A model generated the notes under the pieces. That model saw only the letters and a list, made by a program, of their open reading frames with translations, had not been told where the DNA came from and ran no database searches. A stretch of 63,917 nucleotides of DNA, the filler included, from Craspedostauros australis (lineage: Eukaryota), in assembly GCA_030167865.1 (NCBI GenBank). It is 10 parts of 10 records of this genome, joined end to end, with 100 filler letters (N's around TTAATTAATTAA, not from the genome) between each part and the next. Parts side by side here need not be neighbours in the genome. Positions count along the whole stretch, not along the records: positions 15,359 to 26,387 come from JALAGF010005637.1; positions 26,488 to 32,145 come from JALAGF010005640.1; positions 32,246 to 43,935 come from JALAGF010005641.1; 7 more parts are not named here. The stretch is one strand, 5' to 3'. The position numbers and the translations under genes were made by a program. Positions 24,957 through 38,402 of the stretch are shown here, piece after piece (the first letter of the stretch is position 1; the number at the start of each line of letters is the position of its first letter).

Positions 24957-26143
24957 GGAATGCATGGAGGGAAGGGAGAGATAGCAAATGAAAGAAGATC
25001 GAGAATGTGAGAGGGGGAGCAGCGGCAGATTTGTGAGGACAAAAAGGATCGCCGATGCCAATTGCACTATGAAAAAACCTTGGCATCTGTAGAATACAGA
25101 ATAGATGTACTTGCCTCACACCATTGCTCCTCTGATGGGTAAACGCCAGTGAGCGAAGTGTTGGTCATGGGCACCTCGACGCGTAATGCTTCAGGGACAG
25201 CGAACTCGTTGTAGTCGCTCCTGATGCCCGCAATGAACTCGTCCTCTGTGATGCGCTGGCTGTGGCAGCTAAAGAAATAGTACAACTCGGAGTGGTTGTA
25301 AACAGAAGTAATCTCTCTTTGAGAATTGCAGGCTGCATCGAGGCATGTGATTGTGGTCACGGTGGCCAAGTAGCTCCGACCCGCCACGTCTCCCTTGGTT
25401 ACAGTTGTGTCATTTCCAACCATGTATGTGATCGTGTTTTCTTCACCCCCCTCCTGGCGGCGAAGGACATCCTTGGTTTCTTGGATGGGCAAGGTGACGA
25501 TTCTCCCATCCAGCTCAAAGGTTGACGTTCCGTAGACGTCCAAGGCCGTCGCCAGCCCAATCGTGCCGACCTCTGGTGCTGGGGCATTGATGCTGTATCG
25601 ATGAACAAGTGATCTTGTCCCTGAGTGCGTGTAGTTGATGTACAGCCTTGATGGGAACCCAGCCGTCAAGATGGTTCCTAGTCCAGGGATGGGGAATTCA
25701 TCCACCACGATAGGCTGGGAGTCTGGTCCGTAAGCGTACGAATCACAGACGTAGAATCCAGCAAAGGCGGGCTTGAGAGACAGCGAGAAAGAGAGAAAGA
25801 AGCAGAAGTATGCGATTGGTTTGCGAGGGGATAATGCCAAACAGCAAATTGGCCACGTACCGGACAATAGGAAGAAAGGTGAGGCGAGGCGAGGCGAGGA
25901 CGAAGGGGGTGGGCAGTATTGGCAGAGGTGCGAGCATAATCATGCTCCCCTCGTTGCGTTGCGAAGACGTACCAAGATTCCTGACTGATCGTTAATGTCG
26001 TACTTGGCATCATCCTTGTAGCGAGGATCTGAATCAGAGAGGCAGGGTTCGCGCCATGGATTGCCGCAATTGGCACCAGCCACCATGTTGCCCGTCATGA
26101 CAGCGGCGATGGTGATGCTTGCGAAGAGGAAGCGAGAGGTCAT
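23580..26143 (-). CDS. Multi-exon single-pass membrane protein: signal peptide, extracellular domain, TM helix, cytosolic EF-hands
   Basis: Signal-like MTSRFLFASITIAAVM, TM GVIAGFTIGSVLFFLIVVAIAVYIY and EF-hand DADGSGYVDFLEF. GT donors at 25972 and 24032. The last exon 23774-23580 is in phase. One exon is duplicated across a gap. Confidence 0.75.
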
Positions 26144-26487
26144 GCTGAATTCGTTGATCTCGTGGAGGCTGAATTTCTGGCTAGATCAGAATTTGTGATA
26201 GCATCGGCAGCTCGTTTCCCAGCTGCGGAGCTTCAATGCGCCTTGCCTACAACTTGTTGCGGTCTTGATGTGGTTCATCAGTTGCGGTGCGGTTGCGGCT
26301 GTGGTTGCGGCTGTGGTTGCGGCTGTGGTTGCGGCTGTCACCGTGATCGTGCTTCAACGACCATCATACCAATAGCACGCACTCACANNNNNNNNNNNNN
26401 NNNNNNNNNNNNNNNNNNNNNNNNNNNNNNNTTAATTAATTAANNNNNNNNNNNNNNNNNNNNNNNNNNNNNNNNNNNNNNNNNNNN

Positions 26488-27211
26488 CATGTACGGACGG
26501 TACAACTACATTCGTGTCAATAGTATGATGTGAGTTGTCAGAATCACAGCGGAAATGGAACACGAAAATGAGCAGAATTTCTGGAGGAAATTTGGAATCA
26601 ACGATTTCTGAGAGAATTGGAAACATCGTCCGTCCATCCATCAATGGTACCAAGAGAATCTCGATGTACCTCCCAACTAAACCTCAGATGACGATATCAT
26701 CTGAGAGACCATCACATCATCGACGGAACGTGACATCTGGAGAGCAGAAGGACGACAGCTGACGTAGACAGGATGCCACCGTGTCACCACATCGACATCT
26801 GTCTCCATGTCAGAAGCAGAAGGTAAAGATCAGATGACCGAAGAGCATCAAGATCATGGATACAAGAGGTGAAGTTCAAATGGTAAGTACTCATGGAGTA
26901 GGAACCAGTAGTGAACGAACAAAGTGTTGAATGCGGAGTACGTATCGAACGCGAAGCATTGTGTAGCACGAGTACACGATATTGAGAAAGAGAGAGAGAG
27001 AATACGAAGAGCAGCGAGAGAGCATCTCATGTACCGACTCATAGTCGGACGACCCAATCTACGAGATAGACAAACGTGCTGAGAGCATCGGGCAAAGACA
27101 ACAGAGACACCAAGAGGATTGGAGTGCCAACATAATGAAATAACAAACGAGCGACTATCAACAACACTGTCTTCCACGATTGTAGGCACCCGAGGTCCGG
27201 AACTTGCCAAC
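26488..27211 (+). mobile_element. LTR family B copy (5' end lost in gap)
   Basis: Colinear with 38590-39348 and ends GGAACTTGCCAACA. Confidence 0.75.
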
Positions 27212-27414
27212 ACTACCAAGGCAACACGGAGTCGTGGTCCATTGGCGTCGATGATGACATGAAGGTGAAGCATATGGACGCCGGATATGCCGTCGATCGC
27301 TTCGAGACGGGCACGACGTCCGAGGGCAAGGGCTTGTCATTTGGTGTCTTCCAGACCGCAGGCCTGGATATTCCCTCCGGTTTCATCTCAGTCCTTCGGG
27401 CGATCCAACGCGTT

Positions 27415-28181
27415 TGTTAGGAATCGAGGGTACGACTTTGTTGGAATACCCATAATTGCCGCACCTCCCAAAATTATTCGTCACAACATTGAATATTATT
27501 CGTCACATGTTCGGATACTATTCGTCACATCTTTGAATACCATGTCATTATGACTATTACTAAGCATACGGACGATATTGACACCTGTACTACCTCGAGG
27601 AGGGTAGTCTGTCCTCTGATAACGTAAGGACGACACCTATGGAGGAGCAGGAGGTCCCAATACCAAACCAACCACGGCAACCATGCAGACGACGACGTCG
27701 ATCAGAACAGCAGGTCAATAGGCAAGTGACGCACCCCCTTCAGAGGACAGCACGCGCCCCTCCTACGGACAAGAACATCCGCAGGTTTGGAACATCAGAA
27801 AGGATCAGAACATCCGCAGGTTTGGAACATCACCAAGGCTGACATCGATCGTGGGACGATGGCGTCATGAGATCAACAACGAAAACATGAGATAGGCAAG
27901 TGCTCAGGACTGCAGATCCCTACCATGCGAGCGTAGACAGCTACGACGATGCAGAGGCAAGCAACAACAAGGCCAAGACAAGGAAGCAAGAACAGAGCAT
28001 GATGAATGGAGAAGGAAGCACCTAAGAACAACAGGACGCCCCGAGTCGCCACCACGACAGATGCCTACTATGAGAAATGAAATCGGAAGAGAAAGTGAGA
28101 TTGTGCTCACAGTTCTAAAACGGTACAGTTTCTAACAGCGGATTAGATTACAGTACTAACTATAACCCCGGATTTCCAACA
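27415..28181 (+). mobile_element. Solo LTR family A with 6-bp TSD-like flanks CGCGTT/CGTGTT
   Basis: TGTTAGGAATCG...GATTTCCAACA. Closely related to 50463-51203. Confidence 0.85.
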
Positions 28182-28555
28182 CGTGTTACCTAAGGCGTCA
28201 CCTTTGCAGGACCCGTGCCAGTAGTATACTCTCACGATATTCCTTCATGGTGGAAGGATGAACGAAAGGATGCCGATCCGTAGATATGTTGGATACTCTG
28301 CGAGGGCCTGCTTATTCTCAATGAACCCGGCACGCCATCGCTTCAAAGATCAGCGACGTCTCGAAGATCTTCGCTGAGAAGATTCTGTTGTATGCTCGGA
28401 TGCGCCTGGACCAACAAGGCCTTGGATTTGAGATGTGGCTGGCGCTCTGTCGCTTTCCGCCATTCGAAACGAGTGTCCTTGGAGCGGCTTCCACGCCTCC
28501 GGAACAGGGAAGAAAACTCGAACCACATCCAGTGAACAGTAAGCACGTTTCGATT

Positions 28556-29493
28556 TGTTGGAAATCCGGGGTACCCCAGTCTCTAGTAGTAGTCTCTGGT
28601 TACCTATTCATGTTATTGCATTGTTGGAACTGTGAGTACAACATCTTCATCACTTTCAATTCCATTTGCCAAAGCATACATAATCCACAGTAGCACACAG
28701 TCTTGCCCTTGCTCATGCAGTGCTGTCCTCCTGNTTCATCATGTCATGCAGCATGTACTCCATGTACATCTCATCTTGCAGTATTGGTTCATCTCATCNT
28801 GCATCTCATCATGCATCTCATCATGCATCTCAGATATTCCATCTCCTGCCCTCTACCGATAGTTTCGTTAGCATAGACATCGCCGAGTCGTAGGCGTCAC
28901 ACAGCTCGGTCCATTCGATCAGATCACAATTTCCCATTCGTCACAGGAGCACCCTGGATGGGAGCTCATTCAGCTCCTCATCATCACACATCTCCGATCA
29001 TCTCCGATGCTTCTCCGATCGTTTCTCCCATTACTTCGCCGATCACTTCACCGGCTTCCTGGAAGTTCGTCATCACTGGTTCGTTCACAGGCCATCTCAC
29101 ACTTCGTGACATTGGCCTTCCTCCAGTACTCTTTTNNNNNNNNNNNNNNNNNNNNNNNNNNNNNNNNNNNNNNNNNNNNNNNNNNNNNNNNNNNNNNNNN
29201 NNNNNNNNNNNNNNNNNNNNNNNNNNNNNNNNNNNNNNNNNNNNNNNNNNNNNNNNNNNNNNNNNNNNNNNNNNNNNNNNNNNNNCGTTCTCCACCACAA
29301 GTTACGTGCAGCTCACATTTTTCTGTGTCACAATGATCAAACGTGGGAGTTGCGGTAATGTATCATTTCATGACATTCGACTCCTGACTCTTGGGTTATT
29401 GGGAGGTGCGGTAGTGTAGCATTCCTCGATGCTCAACTCCGCACTCTTGGGAGGTGCGGCAATTTGGTGTTTCACAACACCCGATTCCTGACA
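28556..29493 (-). mobile_element. Solo LTR family A (inverted) with 6-bp TSD-like flanks TCGATT/TCGACT
   Basis: Plus strand reads TGTTGGAAATCCGGGG...CCCGATTCCTGACA. The interior resembles 21322-22088. Confidence 0.8.
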
Positions 29494-29999
29494 TCGACTA
29501 TCTAAGCCTAACAGTATTAGTATAGATTGATTGAATGTAACAAGATTCATGTGTCAAATGAAACGGTGGCGAGTCCCTACTCTGGAGAGTATTTGATTTT
29601 GTATTCATGGCCTTGCGAGTATGGCGGTGGTTCATTTTCCATGCGTCCGTTGCAACAGCGTGCTCCCACGGAATCCCATGCCTACCTCACCCTTCATGAT
29701 CGGAGTGCCCAGCATCTCTCCAAATAGAGATGGTGTGATCTTCAGATGCTTCATCAACCTTTCCACCACAGTCCTCATCGCCATCCCCGCCGTTCAGAAA
29801 CGGCGATTGCCACATCGGCATGTCGCAAGATTCAGTCGAACCCTGCACAATTCTCGCCTGCCTAAATCGCCAACTTTGGTCAGCAGCATCCCACAGAGCA
29901 GCTCCCAAATGATCATATATAGCCAACAAAGCTGCCGCTGCAGCAAAACACCGTACTCAATTTGCGCAGCATTTGCCTCCCAGGTTCAGCTTTGTGGTG

Positions 30000-31396
30000 T
30001 TAAGACCTTGCCAACACCCACTCCTTCACATGATTGCAAACAACGCCGGTGACCTCCGAAATGTCCTGGAAGAGCTGGTGATGGCCACCCTTGACTTCTT
30101 TGAAGGTCTTGTCCTCGGATTGTGCCAGCTGCTGCACGCGTCGCACGGCATCTGTGTCGACACGGACTTCCTTCTCTCCCATGAACACTGCGATTGGTGC
30201 CTTGATGTCTCCCAGCGAGTCGTTCACGTAACCGAAACTCGTCAAGACTGACGCGATCATCCCAAGCCGCGGTGGGATTGTTGCTGCTTCCTGGATGATG
30301 GGATCCGCGCGCCCGGCCCTCGCCCAGCGTTTGTCACCGAAGGCGAGATCGAATGTACTGAAGAAGTCAGTTCCTGGCATCTCTAGCATCGGGAAGAATC
30401 GTGCAACGAACTTCAACAAGGCCACCACCGGCTTGGGCGGGAGCATCTCGGCTGTAATGTGATGCATGAGGATGGAATCAAATATACGTGTGTGTGTGTG
30501 TAATGGAGTGGTCGCAAATGAACAGCGGAGGTACAGGAGCAATCAATGTGGGAATGTGTCGAACTCAATTCCGATGTTCAAGGCATCGCAGCATGTCGAC
30601 ATTGCTTGCCGTCAAACGCAATCCACGCTCACGTTCATGTACGCTCCTACATCAACGCCCGCAGTTACGAGGCTCCGGCATGACAACAACTGTTCCAGAT
30701 GACCGACCGCCGACCGACTGAACAGTCGCGCAACAGCAGCACTAGCAGCAGAAGGAACTACAGCAAAATCCAAAACAGCCACTTACGCAAGAGTTGGATG
30801 ACCGGACCCGTCAGGATGTACCCATCTGCCAATGATCCACTTTCGCCTTTCATCTGTTCGACAAGCATTTGCTTCAGCACAATATGACCACCAAAGCTTT
30901 CCCCCATCGCGAAGATCTTCCTGCCTTCGAATTTGCTTCTCATGTCGTTCAAAATCTTGGTGAAATCGTTGGTGATGGTGTCGATCGAATCAAAGTACGC
31001 TCTCATCCCATTGGTGCTATCGCTGTATCCGCATCCAGCCTGGTCATACGAAATGAATGCAATTCCAGCCTGCATCATGGCCTGCCCGAGGATATCGGAA
31101 TACCCGGAATGGAATCCTGCGCCACCATGATGAAAGAGGATGACGCTTTGGATGCCATCGTCAGGGACCCAACGCCACATCGCCAAACGGATCCCTGTGG
31201 CGGAGGTTGTGAACTCGTCGGGCTTCCCAAGAGGAGCGACTGTGTCCTCGCAGGAGCCCTCCTCGCTAGAAGTTCCTTGGCCCCCCTTTGCAGAACAGGA
31301 TTACGCAGAAGCAAAGCTATCTGCTCCCTGCCAGAAGAATCCCACGATGAGCAGGAGAAGCGGCAGGGTGAATGTCGAATGGTGAATCGCTCTCAT
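30000..31396 (-). CDS. Alpha/beta hydrolase (monoacylglycerol lipase/lysophospholipase-like), 2 exons, in-frame TAA at 31303-31301
   Basis: FHHGG oxyanion motif, nucleophile GESFGG and C-terminal GGHH. Intron 30786-30452 (GTAAGT...ACAG) joins in frame. Signal-peptide-like start at ATG 31396. Confidence 0.8.
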
Positions 31397-33584
31397 GTTG
31401 TGATGATGGTCGGAGTTGTGGCTGCTGCTATTGGGCGAATTGTGAGAACTTCCGACCACGTTACGTTGCATCGTGTTGCGTCCTGTCGATCCGCGTCATG
31501 GTGCAAATGCGAGTACTTGCATGTGCATGGTTCTGTCATGGCTGCGTTGTCTCCGTTGCGTCAAGGCGTGGGTTGGTGCCTTGTGGTGGAAGTCACCAAA
31601 GACGCGGTTCTTCTCCGCGAATGATTCTGGAAGTTCGCGTTGACGCCAAACATCTCTTCTGGCGTATCTTTTCGGATCACGGGCGTGTTTGAACAATTCG
31701 ATCGTGTTCTTGGAATGCGTGGCGACTTGCGACGCCTCACAAATCAAACAGTGCTCTTGACATCCTGGTTCTGCAATACGAGTCGTCGTCTGTACCATTA
31801 CTATTCTACTCTGTTCACAGCTGACCTTGGGAGATGAGACTGGCACAAACCATCTCCGTAGTGGATTGATCTGTGCAGCGGTCACCACCACAACCAAAGA
31901 GAATCAACAACGTGACACCAGCGGTGTCAAAAATCGCTGCAATCGTCATCAAAATCAGCAGACGTTGTGGTGCGACCGGCGATTCTACATCTACATCTAC
32001 ATTTCTGGCGTGAAGGATTGCTACATTCACCCACTCATCCATGCCGATCAACACCGCGCTACATTGTTCCTTCTGTCAGATGTCCGCCACGTGCATCAAT
32101 TGCGATGGTGTGCCGTTGCAATGGCGCTCTCATCTGATCATTCATNNNNNNNNNNNNNNNNNNNNNNNNNNNNNNNNNNNNNNNNNNNNTTAATTAATTA
32201 ANNNNNNNNNNNNNNNNNNNNNNNNNNNNNNNNNNNNNNNNNNNNTCGTCCCTCCGAACGCACCTCGACGCGAGAGTCGTCGTAGACGCCTCCGTTGTCG
32301 TCCAGGATGTGGACGTACACGTGCAGCTCATGAGCGTGCGCACGCGTGCCGTTCGGGACGAGGTTGCCATCCGCTGCATGCATCGGCTTCACATCGATCA
32401 CTCGCGTGATGGTGCTCCGCTTCTGGACTGCGGCAGACGGCTTGTCAGGCAACAGTTGCTCGACAGTAGGCAGCAAGTTTCCCTTGCAGTCGGCAGGAGG
32501 AGCAGATGCAAGGCAAGCAGAACNGGGTTTCTTACTGGGGGAGGGGTTAGCATCCTTGGAGAAGGCATTGGCAGTGGTAGAAACAGGCATGATGTAGTTG
32601 TTGGTGTAGGGTATTGTTGTTGGCTGGCTGGATGGGATAACTACACTGGTCCGAGACGAAGTGAAGAAGGAGAGCATGTGAGGAAAGGTCAGCAAGCTGG
32701 CAGCAACAACAACAACAACAACAACACCACCAACAACCACTACTACTACTACTACTACTAGGAGGAGGAGAACGGGCATGGAGCGAAAGGGCGAGTGTGA
32801 ATGGCTTTGGCNNNNNNNNNNNNNNNNNNNNNNNNNNNNNNNNNNNNNNNNNNNNNNNNNNAGGAACGTTGTGAAATGGATGGTTAGTGTGGCGCGATTT
32901 TGCGAAATGATGGAGATGATGTGTTTTGTGTGATGTGTTTTGTGTGATGTGTTTTGTGACGAGCAGAATGTGGAATCATGCGCCACATGCTAACGTGTAA
33001 TTAACGCGTACCAAACGACTGACACCTTCGGAGTCTAGTCCGTGACTGACCACCTCACGATAAATACATGAGAACATCATAGAACCTTCTGCCAACAACA
33101 ACGGGTTTTGTGCTGTTGGACCCACGTGACTGCTATGCACTCATAGATCACTCCATAAAACTTAAAATAAAGATCTAACAAAAATGTAACGGTTAATTAT
33201 GTATAATGAGATTATAAGGATTACGAATATGTGCTTGGTTTGGATATCGCAGATGAAAAGTTAGAATGTCCATTTCAAAGTGCAGGTCGACTCGCTATCC
33301 GGGCTCATAGGTTGGTCAATGAATGCATCAATCAATCGCTCAAACAACGTGCATCGATTGTTGCGCGCATGGAAATGCTACATTGTACTGACTTGTTGCA
33401 ATGACTTGTTGCAATGATACTACACCATCACTCACTTGACACCCTGCTTCATATTTCATACAATGCTTCGCTGTGCTTCATTTCCTCTCGTTTTCCAAAC
33501 ACGCACCACGTGTGCATACTCTTCTCTTCTCTTGTTTACTCAATTCCATTCTGTATTGCCAAAAACAAACGCACGACATCACAG

Positions 33585-33839
33585 ATCCTTCGCAAGAAAT
33601 ACTCACAGTACCCGATCCCTACAAGCACAGTGTCGAAGTTCTTGATTTATTGGATTGGACCATACCTCAGTGCCGTCACTACACGTCGCTATGTCGCAAA
33701 CAATGTCGATGTCGACATCAATCTAGACAACACCAAATCCAAGGAATCACTGGGTATCCAGTACCGCCCCTTGGAAGACACCTTCAACGAAATGTTCGAG
33801 CAGATCCTTGACTATGGCGGCGTGGAGAGGAAGAACTAG
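33585..33839 (+). pseudogene. Orphan final exon of an extended-SDR paralog
   Basis: ILRKKYSQYPIP...NLDNTKSKESLGIQYRP...MFEQILDYGGVERKN aligns to exon 2 of the gene at 34622-35922 and is preceded by a CAG acceptor. Confidence 0.75.
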
Positions 33840-33950
33840 TGGCCCGCAGGGAAGGCTCGAACAACAGCGCTCATCGAAGCGTCTTCCAAATCAGCAAATG
33901 TACCGACTTGCGAAGTGATCCAACTACTCGCACTCATACAACCAACCAGA

Positions 33951-34069
33951 ATGACAAAGTAAATGACAAAGTAAATGACAAAGTAAATGACAAAGTAAAT
34001 GACAAAGTAAATGACAAAGTAAATGACAAAGTAAATGGACTCGGGCTCGTACTCGTACTCGTACTCGTA
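33951..34069. repeat. Minisatellite (ATGACAAAGTAA)x7 followed by (CTCGTA)n
   Basis: Direct inspection. Confidence 0.95.
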
Positions 34070-34621
34070 TGGTGAGCAGGAGCACACATACCGCATTTCC
34101 AGCACGACGCTCTATTTCGTACAATATCATATGCTCTAAGATTAGTATTGTACGACTTATGCACACCACTTCAGCCCCAAGTTCACCACCTGGCTCATCA
34201 CTTTGCGCTTGACCACGATGTACCAAAGTATCAAACCATCCAGCATCACAGTATCACCAAATCGAACGTAGCGCAGAAACTGCAGAAAACCTTATTTCAC
34301 ACCAACATCCACAAAGATACTCATTCGCTCGAGAATTCCACACGAACACGGCTGCAAACCACACAGAACAAAACGAAGCCAGATCCGCAAATCAGAATGG
34401 CGGCAGTGATGGCGACAGGAGACTTCGCAATGCCCATCCTCATGTTGCGTGGCACACAGCACGACCAGACACACAAAGAAGAGAATGAGGGAAGATCTGC
34501 GGGAAGCGCTCCACACACATCAGTCTGAATGCCTCCGCTTGCGTTCACAACCTTTCCCAAGCAAGCAATCATCAAAGCGACAAAGCAAGTGAGCTGAAGA
34601 AGCAACCACAGCATCAACATT

Positions 34622-35922
34622 ATGGCTGAAGCAACCTGGAAAGTCGATACTTCATCTCCCGTCCTGGTCACAGGGGCAGAAGGGTACATCGCGGGTGTGC
34701 TCATCAAGCAACTCCTGGATGCGGGCGCCACCGTTCATGGAACCGTCCGCGACCTTTCCAAGCCGGAGGAGTTCAAGTACCTCACAGATGTCGCCGATGA
34801 CTCTCCAGGATCCATCAAGCTGTTCCGTGCTGATCTGACAGAACCAGGGTCGTTTGCGGAAGGCATGAAAGGTTGTTCCGTGGTCTTTCACATAGCTTCG
34901 CCGGTCTCACTGATGGTGGACGATCCTCAGAAGGAACTGGTCGATCCGGCCGTGAGTGGGACCAGGGATGTGCTCAACACGGCAACGAAGACTCTATCGG
35001 TGCGCCGTGTCGTCATGACCAGTTCGGTCGCGGCCATCTACACGGATGCATCCGACACAAACAACGCACCCGGCAACATCTTGACGGAGGATAACATCAA
35101 CATGACTGCGAGCATCGACTACCAACCATACTATTACGCCAAGGTATTGGCAGAGATGGCAGCATGGCAGGTCGCCGGCTCTCAGAATCAGTGGACGATG
35201 GCCACCATCAATCCAGCTTTTGTGACTGGACCAGGATTGAAGTTCCACGCCAGCAGCGAGTCATTCAAAATACTGATTTCGATGGGCGGCGGAAAGTACA
35301 AGGATGGCGTGCCCAACCTTGGAATGGGATACGTGGACGTTCAGGACGTGGCCAAGGCTCACATTATCGCAGCCTACAAGGAGGGCGTGGCCGGCAGGCA
35401 CATCCTGTGTGCGAAGAACTCCAACTTCGTTGAAGCTGCTGCTGTGAGTACAATTCGTTCTGCTCTATTGAATTCATCAACTCCAATTCAAACAATGGAT
35501 TTAGCAACGTATTTTGAAGCTCGCCGATGGAATGCATATCTCTTGATTTACGCAATTCGTACGATCACTCACATCATGCTCCCGTACGCTTGCCATTCCT
35601 TACTCGTCACCCCAATAATACCATATCTATGCACGAGCTTTGCAATACACGACAATGCAATCCAACACAGGTCCTTCGCAAGAAATTTCCCCAGTATCCG
35701 GTTCCGGTGAAGAGCGTACCAAAGACTCTGCTGTACTTGGCCGGACCATACATCAACCCACTCATCACGCGCAAATTCGTCGCGAACAACATCGACGTGG
35801 CTCTCAACTTGGACAACTCCAAATCGAAGCGAGAGTTGGGAATTGAATACCGTCCCTGGGACAAAGCTATGATCAGCATGTTCGAACAGATCATCGAAAG
35901 CGGGGGTGTGGAGAAGAAGTGA
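34622..35922 (+). CDS. NAD(P)-dependent epimerase/dehydratase, extended SDR (dihydroflavonol/aldehyde reductase-like), exons 34622-35443 and 35671-35922
   Basis: VLVTGAEGYIA Rossmann motif, VFHIASP, TSS and catalytic YYYAK. Phase-0 GTGAGT...ACAG intron. Confidence 0.92.
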
Positions 35923-38402
35923 GGTGGGCTATGAACACATCGTCCCAGATGGTTCTGCCCAAGCTCAGAAATATTGCACGGCGCGCGCATGAATGCATGA
36001 CAACAAGAGACGGCAGAATTCGACGGGGCCAGTGAGGAAGAGCGGCTCGACGGAAACCCAAGCGAGGTCGAACCAAGGCTGTGCCATGAGACTCGTCCAC
36101 CTCGCCTTTCTTGTCGACGATGGCGAACCCTCACGCACATGACGGCCCGCCACCGTACTTGCTCTGTCGGAGTATTCGAATCCTCCACCAGTATTTTGCT
36201 CTTGCCGATTCCCTCTCATGGTTGATCTCGATTGGGGGTGTGCGCTCTCTTCGTTTTGAGGAAGATCCAGCAGAAATGATGATCATAATCGAGATTGAGG
36301 CCAAAGCTGTCATCCATGAAGTCTTTCGCATCGTTGAAGTCGTGATGTCATTTTAGTTGGTACAGTAGAGTAGAGTACTGTTCTATGGGTCACCGAAAGC
36401 CACATCAATAAGTATGCTGTGATTCCAACGAAGTCAGGCACTTGGAAACGAAAATAGTTGAAGTTCAATAAGGGACAGACGACCTCCAACCTATGGTGTC
36501 CGCTGCCGATGCCTGAAAATTCACTTTTGGCGCGGAACTTTCCAACTCTCCTCTCCTCTTTTTCTTCCTCTTTCATTCACGAACCATTGCTGACTCAATG
36601 CCATGATTGACCTGAGTCCAATCATCCTGGGAACTATGCTCCTCAGATCCTACTAACTGCAACTTGTCTTGATTCCCTCCCTGACTATGACAACCACCTT
36701 GTCGTCACAGTCATAGCATGAATATCCAACCTGCTTCAACTCAAGCAGGGAATCCAATGGTGAATTCCAACTACAACTGCTGCTGCATCCTCAGATTCAA
36801 TAAAGTGCTGAGCTGTTATGCTCTACACTGCAATGCAACAGCACACAGAGAGATGAACAAGAGCAAGGAGCAACGTCTGCCCTCAACACTGAACCATGTG
36901 GATCAGTGCAGAGCCATATCAACTGTGCGACACCATTTCTTCATCCTACCAAGACTACAAACTAACTCAGTATAATCACAAGCCAAGATTAGTACAAACA
37001 GCACTACTCTGCTCATTGTTACCACTACTACTTCCCCAGGCACTCACCCCTTGCGAACTGCATCAAACGGTCTCTCTGAAACTGGCAGTCCGCGAGGTCT
37101 TCCCTCCGGATCATGTCCCAACAGCACACGAATTCCAACTATGTCACTGAAAATTGCTCAAAATTGGTATTTCCCCTCATGTACCTGTTGACTGTTGACC
37201 ATGTTTTCTGTACTACCACCAGTACACACGAATGAGCAACAAAATGGACAGGCAATCTGACCCCAAAATAGCCTACATATGTGAAGCCATCTGTCTGCAA
37301 GCATAAAAGTGTGTCGTCCATGCTGCATGCACAGTTGATGCTTCTCACCTACCTCTTTGCCACCTATTCTAACATCATGAGTGCTAAAAAATGCAGCCTC
37401 CAATGGTCCCTGGTGTTGATACATTTGAACTATCATTTGCCATGATATCTTCCATACAGGATGTACTGGCCTTGGATCAAAGCAAGACCATCCTGCAAAC
37501 TGAAAAACAGGACAAAGACTTGGAACAGCTGCGGAACCACTCCAAACGATTGAAGAAGAAGTTCTCAAAGCTGCCAAGAATGATGAAACATCGTGATTTC
37601 ATCATCTGCGATTGTGGAGCAATTTTCAAATGTACTAGACCATGAACAGCAACAACCAACAGCAGAGCAGTGCAATGACGAGCCCATCTTGTTTTCCTCT
37701 CCAACCTTCAACCAATAAAATCTCATCAAAACACAACCCTACAAAACTCAAACTTAACAATCACCAAACCAACTCGAAAAACAGTCTCAATCATCTCATC
37801 TACGTTTGTGGGTACACTACGAATAACCGCGCTGACGTTGGCAGTCTCACTTTCCCTTTTCACCTGCCAAAGTCCAACACTTGAATGCAAAGTCGGAAAC
37901 AACCTGACTTCTTTTGCCCTCTATTTTCGCTGATACCTTCCCCATGTGCTTCACTCAACCGCCTACTTTGAGCTTCGCATGCTTTTCTTCCAACAGCTGG
38001 CTGATGATCACCAGGGTTTGTTTACCCTTGGTCAAGTTGCTAGAGTATTCCATGAAACCTATTTCCGTGTTATGTTCTGCATCTTTCAAATCTTGGTTGT
38101 TGGAGTATTTGCCTTCGTGGTACGCTCCCTCGGGTTGTGTATTCCAGATCATGAACATCTGCATGTCCATGTCTGAGGACATCAAGATTTGCATGTAGAA
38201 ATTTTCACTCTTCGATGTTGGGTTGGACCTGCTGATAAAGCATCGCAGATCTTTCCACGTTGCCAGTGTGTCCGCGTCAGTGATGATGCAACCCTTGACC
38301 TTGTTTTTTATACCAAGGACCGATGACAAGACTCTTGTCCATGTCTTTGGCTTCAGTCAAAGTTCAATAAAGAACAGGCTACTTTCCACTTTATTGTGTC
38401 CC

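Noticed and set aside
24296..25075. Tandem exon duplication in the EF-hand gene (similar cases at 46732-46943, 56105-56197 and 60371-60450)
   Set aside because: Identical sequence on both sides of a ~50-N gap indicates unmerged contig overlap.
2968..31303. Stop-codon reassignment to explain the many in-frame stops
   Set aside because: Intact genes here end in TGA and TAA normally, and the disrupted loci mostly also carry frameshifts, which fits decay.
36700..38400. Short ORFs in a CpG-poor region
   Set aside because: No recognisable motifs. Probably a decayed repeat, but not supportable from the sequence.
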